A stretch of DNA of 64,000 nt from Candidatus Thorarchaeota archaeon (GTDB taxonomy: Archaea; Asgardarchaeota; Thorarchaeia; Thorarchaeales; Thorarchaeaceae): contig JBHLRS010000002.1 in assembly GCA_048882325.1 (NCBI GenBank), positions 64,001 through 128,000 on the forward strand. Direction: 5' to 3'. Under the pieces are notes generated by a model. The model was not told where the DNA came from. It saw nothing but the letters and a program-made list of their open reading frames with translations, and ran no database searches. Below are positions 9,284-18,221 of this stretch, piece by piece (position 1 is the first letter of the stretch; each line of letters begins with the position of its first letter). The translations under genes and the position numbers were made by a program.

Positions 9284-12094
9284 TTGGCCGCTGTTCCAAC
9301 AGGATATGAGGCATTTCATAGTAGGAGACGCAAAGGAGTGACATTACTTTGCTTTCTCCTTGCATCAACGATGGCTATGGGAATCACTGTCTATGTGGAT
9401 TCATATTCGATTCACCAATGGGACACCAACATGGCTGGAGTTGGAGATATTGCTATTTTCGCAGAAGGCGAGGGAATTGAGAACTATATAGATGCAATTA
9501 GGAATTTCAATGGTGTTACTAAAGCAGCAAGCCTCTTACGTTCTAGCGGAAACATACCCTTCGAAGTGCATGATCCTGAATATGGAGATTGGATAGATTC
9601 GATTTGGGGCGACCTTATTGCACCAGACCAAGAGTTCATGGACACATTCCCTGGGTACATCACACTTGTGGAAGGTTCGTTCCCCTCTGGAAATAGCTCA
9701 CAAATTGCGATAATCGATTCTCTTGAACAAGACTACGACATTCATATCAGCGATGTTTTAAATTTGTCATACGAATGGGATGGTCCTTATCAACAGGTAG
9801 AGGTCATCGGTGTCTATCATCAAGGTGGGGATGAATCAGATTCATACTACTACGGTTGGTACGAGAGCATCGCCATCGTAGACCCTGACATTATGGAATA
9901 TAATGAATACGTGATATACATTGACATAGATAGATCACGGATCTCACCATTCGATGCAGGAAGTTCTCGGGCATATGCCAATAGCTTCGATCAAAGAATC
10001 CGTGAACTTGATCCATTTTATGATCCACAATTTCCATGGTCTTCGAGATTCTATGTGAACAATCGTGTGACTGGTGCTATCTCCTCGTACATATACTGGG
10101 TTCAGGCTGCTAGATTCACACAGCTATTCAGGTCATTCTCGATAATCATTTTGATAGTATTAGTGACATTCCTCGCAATCCGACATAATGTAAACGAGAG
10201 AAGATTCGAAACAACCATGTTATTTTCTAGAGGTGCGTCGTCTGGAGACTTAGACAAGATTGTCAACCGAGAGATGATTGTCCTCTCCATAACATCGTGC
10301 ATCGTAGGGATTATAGCAGGAATAGGTGTAAGCAGAATCGCTATTTCAGCCACTGGATTTTTCGAGTTTGACCTTTCACTGATGTTCTCCGAACCATTTC
10401 TTGTTTCGCTACAGTCACTCATCATGTCTTCGGTGGTAGGAATTGCCTTACCTTTAGTGACTCTTGGAGGATATAGAATTGTTTACTCAACAAAGAAGTC
10501 AGCTGATGAGGGTACTGGTAAACTAGCTAAAGTTGTCAAGGGGTTCAATTTCATACGATGGGATTTACTCGTTGTTTTGATTGCTGGACTGCTACTTCTG
10601 ACTCTGACAACTGGTGGAGCAACGATTGGTAGTGATCCGATACTAGGATTCATCCTCCCGATCGTTCCGATTCCGTTATTCCTAGGAGTTGCTAGTCTAT
10701 CCATCAAGATTCTTCGTCGAGGGGCTAACTCTATCTCTAAGTACATGTCGAGGATTGTAGGTCGAGTTTCAGCATCCATCGGTATACGCAGGATTGGAAA
10801 GGGAGCTTCGTCAGGAGGGGTTGCCGCTATGGTACTTGTTTTGGCAATATGTCTCTCCTGGAATAGCGCAATTGTCAATTCCTCTCTTCCAGTTACAGTA
10901 GAGTATCAATCAAGATTAGTTGTAGGATCAGACATTACGTTCGTGCTTGATGAATCTAAATATTCCCAATGGGATGAATTTCTAACCAATGTAACGGACA
11001 ATGAAGAAGTTGTGTCAGGAACAATCGTTTCGGAGACTTCTCTTTCTCTGACGAGTGGTTACGAAGGTCTAAATACATTCATGGCCGTGAATCCTAGAGA
11101 ATACGCAGAAATTGGGTATCACTATCTGGGAAGTAGACTTAATGTTTCAGAGATGGCATCAATGATGGCGTCTCTCGAGTCCGTGCCTGATGGTGCCATT
11201 ATTTCATCAGACATTGCTAGTGATTACAATCTAGAGGTAGGTGATGTTCTACGTGCTACAGATCTTTATGATGATGAAGCGTTGCCGATTTCATTCAGAG
11301 TTCTTGGAATTGTCACTTCACTTCCAGAAATGCCAGATAAGTATTACATTTGGTATGATATACCTCCCCCCATGGTGCCAACACCATTTCCATATTATTG
11401 GTACCGGATTGTTGGTCAACAAAGGGTGATGGTAAACAGAGACTATCTCAGTAATGAAATTGACATCGTAAATGATACAAACTCGTATCTATGCGTTCAA
11501 ACAACTGAAGGAGCAAATGGCACAATCATTGGCAATGAGCTCGTGGAGCAGGGTGGAATGGATGCGCTCTATGAAGGGATGTGGGAATCAGTTAGTTTAC
11601 GCGTTGATGAATATCTTGGACAGCTGTCATATCATATGAACCGGTCGGTTGACACTATGATGACCGTCCTCACCATTGGCACTATAATTGGGGCGTTTGC
11701 AGTGTATGCCCTAGAGGGAGTTCGAGCTAGAAGAAGAGAGATAGCCTTACTGAGATCTAATGGTGCGAGTATTGGAGTAATCATTAAGGCTCAAGCTGCA
11801 GAAATGCTCGTATTGATGCTGTTCAGTATCACAGTTCTTGCGATCTATTCACCATTATTCTTGACAACATCTGTGGGTTCTACCTCAAGTGGCATAGCTG
11901 GTTGGGGATTGATTTATCCTGTAGCAATATTCCCAGTCATCCCTTGGTTGACAATAATGGCAGTACTGTCCTTCTTCATAGTTTCAGTGGTTATTTGCAT
12001 CGGAATCATTGCGATGGTCGGATCTCGAATAAACTTGGCAGAGACACTTAATGCAACCTGGGCTGAAGCAGCACCCTATGGAGGTGATGTCTGA
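9284..12094 (+). CDS. FtsX/MacB-like (type VII) ABC permease with duplicated 4-TM modules and large extracellular domains
   Basis: ERRFETTMLFSRGAS and RRREIALLRSNGAS FtsX-type motifs; TM clusters; inside an ABC operon. Confidence 0.88.
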   Translation: MAAVPTGYEAFHSRRRKGVTLLCFLLASTMAMGITVYVDSYSIHQWDTNMAGVGDIAIFAEGEGIENYIDAIRNFNGVTKAASLLRSSGNIPFEVHDPEYGDWIDSIWGDLIAPDQEFMDTFPGYITLVEGSFPSGNSSQIAIIDSLEQDYDIHISDVLNLSYEWDGPYQQVEVIGVYHQGGDESDSYYYGWYESIAIVDPDIMEYNEYVIYIDIDRSRISPFDAGSSRAYANSFDQRIRELDPFYDPQFPWSSRFYVNNRVTGAISSYIYWVQAARFTQLFRSFSIIILIVLVTFLAIRHNVNERRFETTMLFSRGASSGDLDKIVNREMIVLSITSCIVGIIAGIGVSRIAISATGFFEFDLSLMFSEPFLVSLQSLIMSSVVGIALPLVTLGGYRIVYSTKKSADEGTGKLAKVVKGFNFIRWDLLVVLIAGLLLLTLTTGGATIGSDPILGFILPIVPIPLFLGVASLSIKILRRGANSISKYMSRIVGRVSASIGIRRIGKGASSGGVAAMVLVLAICLSWNSAIVNSSLPVTVEYQSRLVVGSDITFVLDESKYSQWDEFLTNVTDNEEVVSGTIVSETSLSLTSGYEGLNTFMAVNPREYAEIGYHYLGSRLNVSEMASMMASLESVPDGAIISSDIASDYNLEVGDVLRATDLYDDEALPISFRVLGIVTSLPEMPDKYYIWYDIPPPMVPTPFPYYWYRIVGQQRVMVNRDYLSNEIDIVNDTNSYLCVQTTEGANGTIIGNELVEQGGMDALYEGMWESVSLRVDEYLGQLSYHMNRSVDTMMTVLTIGTIIGAFAVYALEGVRARRREIALLRSNGASIGVIIKAQAAEMLVLMLFSITVLAIYSPLFLTTSVGSTSSGIAGWGLIYPVAIFPVIPWLTIMAVLSFFIVSVVICIGIIAMVGSRINLAETLNATWAEAAPYGGDV

Positions 12095-14965
12095 ATGTTC
12101 CTGTTCTCACGTTTATCTGCAAAAGCTCCTCAAGTGATTACTACGTTGCTAATCTTTGCTCTATCAAGTGGAGTTCTTGGGGGAATATTGTTCTATATGG
12201 ATTCAACAGCACCTACCGTGCTCAATGATATGACTGCAAATGTACCAATCGATATGGAGGTTTCATTTGGACAGCGGTTCTACGTTCAAAACCAATCTGA
12301 TCCGAGCTATACTTCAGTTGATGATATTAGAGATATAGTTGAATCACAAGACTATGTGTTGAATACGGAACCACTTACGTTTGTTGATATCTACGACTGG
12401 TATGCTGAAGATTATCTTTTCAGTAGACGAGGATTCCTCGGGATTAACAGCACATCGCTCGCTAATTTTCCTAGAGCAATTGAATTTGAAAGTGGAAGTC
12501 TTTCATATGATAATGACTCATGTCTAGTAGAGAAGGACTTGTTTCTATCAGCAGGTCTTCAGATTGGTGAAAACTATACTCTGAATATAACGGTGGAAAC
12601 CTATTTTGATGGAAACTATTCTCTTTACACTGTTGAGAAGGAGTTTGTAGTGAAAGGAACCTTCACTTCTAGTATCTATATGTTTCAACCCTATTGGGAT
12701 GGTCCAGAAGTGACCTATCTGCATCTTATTACTACCCAGGAGATACTAGAGGAGTTGTTCTACATGCTTCCGCACGATGAATGGTATGGAATTCAAAATA
12801 GAATCTGGGTAGAGTTTGACCGATTAGGAATAATCCAAAACAATCCTCAAACTATGATTGAAACATTGGATAATGTCAAAAAACAGATTGAGCAGGAAAC
12901 ACTCCCATTTGGAATCATTGAGTATGATTCGTTCAAACTTCAGGAAGCAGTTTACGAGTTTGCCATTTGGTCATTGAGTATTCGAGCAGTAGCGATTGCC
13001 TTCTCTATTCCCTCGATAATCATGGGCATTATGCTGATCCAATATAACTCAAAATTGCTTGCTGATGAACAACGAAGAGATGTAGGAACAATCAAGACAC
13101 GTGGCTCGTCAGGCCTACAAGCTTTCTCGTGGGTATTGAGTAGTGCACTCACGACAGGGATAATAGGAAGTATAGGAGCTGTCTTCACTGGAATCTTAGC
13201 ATCTATTGTTTCAGGTTCAGTAAGGGAATTGCTAGTATTCAATCTAGACCAATTATCAGGTTTTGTTCTCCTTCTTCAGCCTACAGCTGTCATCATAGTA
13301 TTCTCGTTCTCCTTCGTTGCTGGACTTGTTGTTGCATTGCCTGCAGCGGTGAAGGCTCTGCTCATGACGCCTACTGAGGCTCATGCGGTCTTAGAAGGAG
13401 AGATTCTAACCGAGTCCGAGGAAATGGGCAGTCCAGCAGTTGACATTTTGGTTGTATTTGTTTCTGGCTACCTCTTCTTGCTTCTTATGTTTGTGTTTGC
13501 ATTCGGCGGATTGACAACCATGGCTTCAACTTTCTTCGCAGCAACTATCATTCCAATGATGGGTATATTCCTATACTTTTTCACTCGTATGTTGTCTCGA
13601 GGAACCTCAGTGTTAAAATCAAGGATACTCTCTCAATTTAAGAGACCTTCACTTGTCGTAGGTACGAAACTTCTATCGAGAACAACAAGGTTGTTTAAAA
13701 AATCGGAAGCTATAGGCACAATGTTTGTTGCGATGGTCTTCACTGCGGGACTTTTTTCGTCTCTATCCGCAACAACTGGTGATACTCACATGAAACATGT
13801 ATTCTACTTTGAAACAGGTGCTGATATTGCGATAGAAGTCGATTCAGGTCTCACCAACGTTACTATAGACCTGATTCAAAACATCACAGCAGTTGAGGGT
13901 GTTGCTCGAGTTAGTCCCATGATCAGAATCACAGGCTACGTACAGTACTATAACGCATATGAGTACGGTGGAGGAATCTATCTCAATAGATCAGTGTCTG
14001 TGTATGGTGTCCAACCAGATACATGGGTACAAACTGCATTTTGGCTTGATTACTTTACACTACAGAATAGTCCAAGAGTATCAATACCTCGATTGAATGA
14101 AACACTTGATGGTGAGATAAATGTCATCACCACCTTCAAACCCATTGCACACTACACGATTGACTCATTTACAAATATGCGAATTCCTGAATACTCACCA
14201 TATTTGAATCTTCAAGTTTTCAGTAATGAATGGTATAATGAAACGGCATGTACAATTGTTGACATCATGGCCAGCAATCTTGACGAATATGGCCAAGTAA
14301 CATACTTGCCTGGTGAAACAGATGTTGCTAGTTTTCTGATAATGGACCTCAGTCTGCTGCATAATTGGATTAACAGCACACATGTTTCAAAATTCTATGT
14401 TGATCTAGAACCTAGAGCAAACTATACACAGGCGATGACTGAAATATATCAGATTGCGCCATATAGTTTTACGAAAGTTGAGGCTGCATCAGAGTTTATT
14501 GATGAGGTTCTGGATTCAAGAGCAACTCAGTCTGTTTTTGGAGCTTACACTCTTAATGTGATCTTCACTCTCATCTATCTAACATTCGGAATGGTTATTG
14601 TGACGACTGTAAAGGTTCGTAACCTAAGACGACAATTCTCCGTCCTTCGCGCACTCGGAGCTGACACAAAATCCATGGTTGTTGCGTCTCTAGCAGACAC
14701 CACAGTGGGTCTATTGCTATCAGCCTTGATTGGGGGAGCAATTGGAGGTTTACTAGCATACCTTTTGAAGAGCATTCCGTTACTATACATGGGACTCTCA
14801 ACGACTCAATTGTGGAGAAGACTCCCGGTACGTCTAATAATACCATGGACGCTTCTCTCGGAAATTGTGGGTGTTGCTGTAGCTGTTTCGCTTATTGCAA
14901 CCTATGTTGTCGTGACACGGGCCTTGAAACAGAACATCGCAGAGGAAATTCAATACACGGGGTGA
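12095..14965 (+). CDS. Second FtsX/MacB-like ABC permease
   Basis: QRRDVGTIKTRGSS and RRQFSVLRALGA motifs, ETGADI, same topology as the upstream permease. Confidence 0.88.
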   Translation: MFLFSRLSAKAPQVITTLLIFALSSGVLGGILFYMDSTAPTVLNDMTANVPIDMEVSFGQRFYVQNQSDPSYTSVDDIRDIVESQDYVLNTEPLTFVDIYDWYAEDYLFSRRGFLGINSTSLANFPRAIEFESGSLSYDNDSCLVEKDLFLSAGLQIGENYTLNITVETYFDGNYSLYTVEKEFVVKGTFTSSIYMFQPYWDGPEVTYLHLITTQEILEELFYMLPHDEWYGIQNRIWVEFDRLGIIQNNPQTMIETLDNVKKQIEQETLPFGIIEYDSFKLQEAVYEFAIWSLSIRAVAIAFSIPSIIMGIMLIQYNSKLLADEQRRDVGTIKTRGSSGLQAFSWVLSSALTTGIIGSIGAVFTGILASIVSGSVRELLVFNLDQLSGFVLLLQPTAVIIVFSFSFVAGLVVALPAAVKALLMTPTEAHAVLEGEILTESEEMGSPAVDILVVFVSGYLFLLLMFVFAFGGLTTMASTFFAATIIPMMGIFLYFFTRMLSRGTSVLKSRILSQFKRPSLVVGTKLLSRTTRLFKKSEAIGTMFVAMVFTAGLFSSLSATTGDTHMKHVFYFETGADIAIEVDSGLTNVTIDLIQNITAVEGVARVSPMIRITGYVQYYNAYEYGGGIYLNRSVSVYGVQPDTWVQTAFWLDYFTLQNSPRVSIPRLNETLDGEINVITTFKPIAHYTIDSFTNMRIPEYSPYLNLQVFSNEWYNETACTIVDIMASNLDEYGQVTYLPGETDVASFLIMDLSLLHNWINSTHVSKFYVDLEPRANYTQAMTEIYQIAPYSFTKVEAASEFIDEVLDSRATQSVFGAYTLNVIFTLIYLTFGMVIVTTVKVRNLRRQFSVLRALGADTKSMVVASLADTTVGLLLSALIGGAIGGLLAYLLKSIPLLYMGLSTTQLWRRLPVRLIIPWTLLSEIVGVAVAVSLIATYVVVTRALKQNIAEEIQYTG

Positions 14966-14969
14966 AAAA

Positions 14970-15854
14970 ATGGCAGAGAATCTAGAAGAACTTGCAGACC
15001 AATACAAGGTTGTTGTAAGAGACCTAATGAAAGTCTACAAACGGGGACAAAAGGAAGTCATTGCACTCAGAGGGGTTGACTTCGAAGTCCGTGAAGGAGA
15101 ATTTCTTTCGATTGTTGGTCCATCAGGATCAGGAAAATCAACCTTACTCAAGATGCTAGGTGCATTAGACAAACCTACAGCTGGTATGATTCTCTATGAT
15201 GGTCATAGTGTATCTATTTTGGATGACAGGAGATCCATGCTTTACCGTCGACAGAAAGTAGGATTCATTTGGCAAGTTGGAAATCTTGTACCCGGTCTCA
15301 CTGCTTTCAAGAATGTCACTCTACCAATGAAGCTAGCTGGAGCTCCAACAAAGCTTGCAAACGAGAGGGCACACATGCTTCTAGATACAATGGGTTTGGG
15401 ACCTCGTGCTAGTCATAAACCAAATCAAATGTCTGGTGGAGAAAACCAGAGATGTGCAATCTGCGTTGCTCTTGCAAACAAACCAGAGCTAGTTTTGGGT
15501 GATGAAATAACGGGTGAACTTGATAGTGAAACCACTGAGTTGGTGATGGAAGCTCTGAAAAAGACAAATGAAGAGTTTGGAACAACAATCATCAATGTCA
15601 CACACAACCCTAGGGTTGCTGAATACGCAGACAGGGTACTAAGGATTAGAGATGGTCTTATTGAAGGTCAGAAGCATACTCTATATGGAGATATCACTGA
15701 AGTCGATGCTAAGGGACGGATGGTGATTCCTGAAACGATAAGACGCCTTGCAGGAATCAGGAAACGTGTTGTGCTAAAGGCGACCTCTGAGGGTCTTCTG
15801 GTCAGTCCCCTTGAAGCTGATGAAGAGAACAACAATGATATGTCTCAGCAATAA
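14970..15854 (+). CDS. ABC ATP-binding protein (LolD-like) with a C-terminal AbrB/SpoVT-like domain
   Basis: GPSGSGKS, MSGGENQR, GDEITG, VTHN; C-terminal VDAKGRMVIPETIRRLAGI. Confidence 0.88.
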   Translation: MAENLEELADQYKVVVRDLMKVYKRGQKEVIALRGVDFEVREGEFLSIVGPSGSGKSTLLKMLGALDKPTAGMILYDGHSVSILDDRRSMLYRRQKVGFIWQVGNLVPGLTAFKNVTLPMKLAGAPTKLANERAHMLLDTMGLGPRASHKPNQMSGGENQRCAICVALANKPELVLGDEITGELDSETTELVMEALKKTNEEFGTTIINVTHNPRVAEYADRVLRIRDGLIEGQKHTLYGDITEVDAKGRMVIPETIRRLAGIRKRVVLKATSEGLLVSPLEADEENNNDMSQQ

Positions 15855-15890
15855 GCAATGCCTTTATTGCAGAGGGATTGACCTGAATGA

Positions 15891-16133
15891 GTGGTGACAA
15901 TGAGCTTTAATAAAATGCCATCGTCGTTTTATTGGACCTTGGTTTCATTTGCAATCTTCTTTGCTTGTCTCAATATCTATATCTTGACACTCTGGTTGTC
16001 ACATCCATTTGCAAGTCCACTCTGGCTAATTGGCGCATTAGTAGGAGCATTACTTTTAGTATATTCAATCAGGTTGGTCAGAATACAACAAACAGAGCTT
16101 ATAGAGAATAAACAACTGGAGTCTTCAGATTAA
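15891..16133 (+). CDS. Small 2-TM membrane protein
   Basis: 80-aa ORF with two hydrophobic helices, co-oriented with its neighbours. Confidence 0.6.
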   Translation: MVTMSFNKMPSSFYWTLVSFAIFFACLNIYILTLWLSHPFASPLWLIGALVGALLLVYSIRLVRIQQTELIENKQLESSD

Positions 16134-16150
16134 CAAATGAGGATTGATAA

Positions 16151-16795
16151 ATGAAGAAACTGGCAATCGGTCTTGTTTTACTTGTAATCGGAGGTGTTAT
16201 CGCAGTTGTTCTCTTTCAACAGAATGATTTCATTCAAGACACGTTTGACACAGAAGGACGCTATGATGCAAGTGTTCTCGACAATATGGGAGTCATTTAC
16301 TCTAACAGGTCTGACATCAGATCGTTTAATGAGGCCTACAGCGAATCAGATAACTGTCCATGGGGATTTGTCCATAACGGAATTGATTATGCCTATTTCA
16401 ATGACTCAGATGTCATCGCGGCTGCACCTGGATTAGTAGAGCGGATCGAATTGAATGATTGGGGTCCAGAAGCACAACATCGTTATACGATCATGGTGGA
16501 GATCAGATTCAATTCATCAGTAAGTTTAATCTATAATTTTGAACCTTGGACAAATTCTACCAATGAACAAACACAGCAGGTCGAGATGTTCAACTTCGAG
16601 GTAGGAACATGGGTGGATAAAGGTGATGTGATTGCGAAATTCCTGGTTGCAGGGGAAGGGGCGCACATTCACTTTGGAGTAGTCCAAGATGATGAATGGA
16701 GAGATCCCACTCTATATCTGTCAACCGAAGGGTATAATGAACTCCTAGGCATGATTCATGAATTTCAGCCGACCTGGGAGATTAGCTATCCATAA
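16151..16795 (+). CDS. Secreted or membrane-anchored M23 (LytM)-like metallopeptidase
   Basis: N-terminal signal/anchor, HNGIDY (HxxxD), VIAAAPGLV, VGTWVDKGDVIA, AHIHFGV (HxH), DPTLYL. Confidence 0.8.
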   Translation: MKKLAIGLVLLVIGGVIAVVLFQQNDFIQDTFDTEGRYDASVLDNMGVIYSNRSDIRSFNEAYSESDNCPWGFVHNGIDYAYFNDSDVIAAAPGLVERIELNDWGPEAQHRYTIMVEIRFNSSVSLIYNFEPWTNSTNEQTQQVEMFNFEVGTWVDKGDVIAKFLVAGEGAHIHFGVVQDDEWRDPTLYLSTEGYNELLGMIHEFQPTWEISYP

Positions 16796-16820
16796 ACCTG
16801 GATAGCTCAATCTCATTAAG

Positions 16821-18125
16821 CTAAGGAAAGATTCGGCTGACAGTCCTGGGAAAGGGTATGCAATCCCGAATATGCTCAAGATTGAGCATCCAGGTCATCA
16901 ATCGGTCAACACCCACTCCAAAACCTGAGTGAGGTACACTTCCATATCTTCGAATGTCGAGGTACCACTCATACTTCTTTGGATCATCACCAATCCTGTT
17001 CAGGTTGTCAATGATTCTTTGATAATCGGTTTCACGTTCGCTTGCACCTATCATCTCTCCGAAGCCTTCAGGAGCAAGGAGGTCGTTGTTTTTGTAAGTT
17101 CGGGGGTCTTCCTCATTGTTTTTCATATAGAAAGACTTGATCTCTTTTGGATAGAATTCTACGAAGAGGAATTTCTCTCGATCGTCTGTAAGAATGTGTT
17201 CTGCTTCAGTTCGAATATCCTGTCCCCATTCTATGTCAAGACCAGCTTTTTGACAAATATCAATAGCCTCAGTGTACGTCATTCTATCAAATGGGGGCTT
17301 GACATTGTAGAGTCTTTCCAGATCCACACCCAGTTCTTTGAGCTCAGGACGTCTGTTGTCTGCAACTGAGTGACACATTGCACTGATGAGACCCTCCTGT
17401 CGTTTAAGGTTACATTCATGATCGCACCAAGCTTCCTCAACCTCTAAATGCCAAAACTCTGTGAGGTGCTTTCTTGTCCTAGACTTTTCTGCACGAAATG
17501 AAGGGGCTAAAATAAACACCTTCTCCATTGCGAACAACTGTGGCTCAAGATGCATTTGACTTGTTTGAGTCAGATACACCTTCTTGCCAAAGTACTCTAC
17601 CTCAAAGAGTTCAGCGCCTTCCTCGCCCATCGTTGACACAAACATAGGTGAGGTTGTTTCATAGAACCCTTCACTTCGAAGATATGCTCTAGCACCTCTA
17701 AACACTTCATCTCGAATCTTCAATACATTTGTGAGCTTTCTGGACCTCATCCATAGGTGACGATTATCATTCAAGAATTCAGTGCTTTGGTGCTCCGTTA
17801 TCGGAAACTCTTCTGCGAAGTGCAAGACTTCAAACTTCTCAACTTGAACTTCGTATCCTCCCTCTGCACGAGAGTCAGCTTTTGCTGTACCGACCATTGT
17901 GACGAGAGACTCTATCAGCATCTTTTCAGCGTCAGCGTATTCTGTTTCGCTGACCACTGTCTTCTTGATTACGGTTTGAACAACACCTGAAGGATCACGT
18001 AGAAGAACAAAGACCATCTTCTTCTGCTTACGGATTCTATGAACCCATCCGCGGAGATGGACTTTCTCCCCTTCGTATTTTCCTTCAAGCACGTCACCGA
18101 CGTGAATATAGCTCACTGTTGTCAC
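16821..18125 (-). CDS. asnS: Asparagine--tRNA ligase
   Basis: OB-fold LRGWVHRIR, RHLWMRS, YLTQTSQ, FRAEKSRTRKHLTEFWHLE, GEMIGASERE, WYLDIRRYGSVPHSGFGVGVDR. Confidence 0.93.
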   Translation of the reverse strand: MTTVSYIHVGDVLEGKYEGEKVHLRGWVHRIRKQKKMVFVLLRDPSGVVQTVIKKTVVSETEYADAEKMLIESLVTMVGTAKADSRAEGGYEVQVEKFEVLHFAEEFPITEHQSTEFLNDNRHLWMRSRKLTNVLKIRDEVFRGARAYLRSEGFYETTSPMFVSTMGEEGAELFEVEYFGKKVYLTQTSQMHLEPQLFAMEKVFILAPSFRAEKSRTRKHLTEFWHLEVEEAWCDHECNLKRQEGLISAMCHSVADNRRPELKELGVDLERLYNVKPPFDRMTYTEAIDICQKAGLDIEWGQDIRTEAEHILTDDREKFLFVEFYPKEIKSFYMKNNEEDPRTYKNNDLLAPEGFGEMIGASERETDYQRIIDNLNRIGDDPKKYEWYLDIRRYGSVPHSGFGVGVDRLMTWMLNLEHIRDCIPFPRTVSRIFP

Positions 18126-18221
18126 CTTGATTAAATGTCCACTGCCATCTATAGCAGTGGCTCTCCTGACCTCACTTGCTAGAGATAAAAGGATGACGGC
18201 TTTTTAGGACCGCCATTCGCT

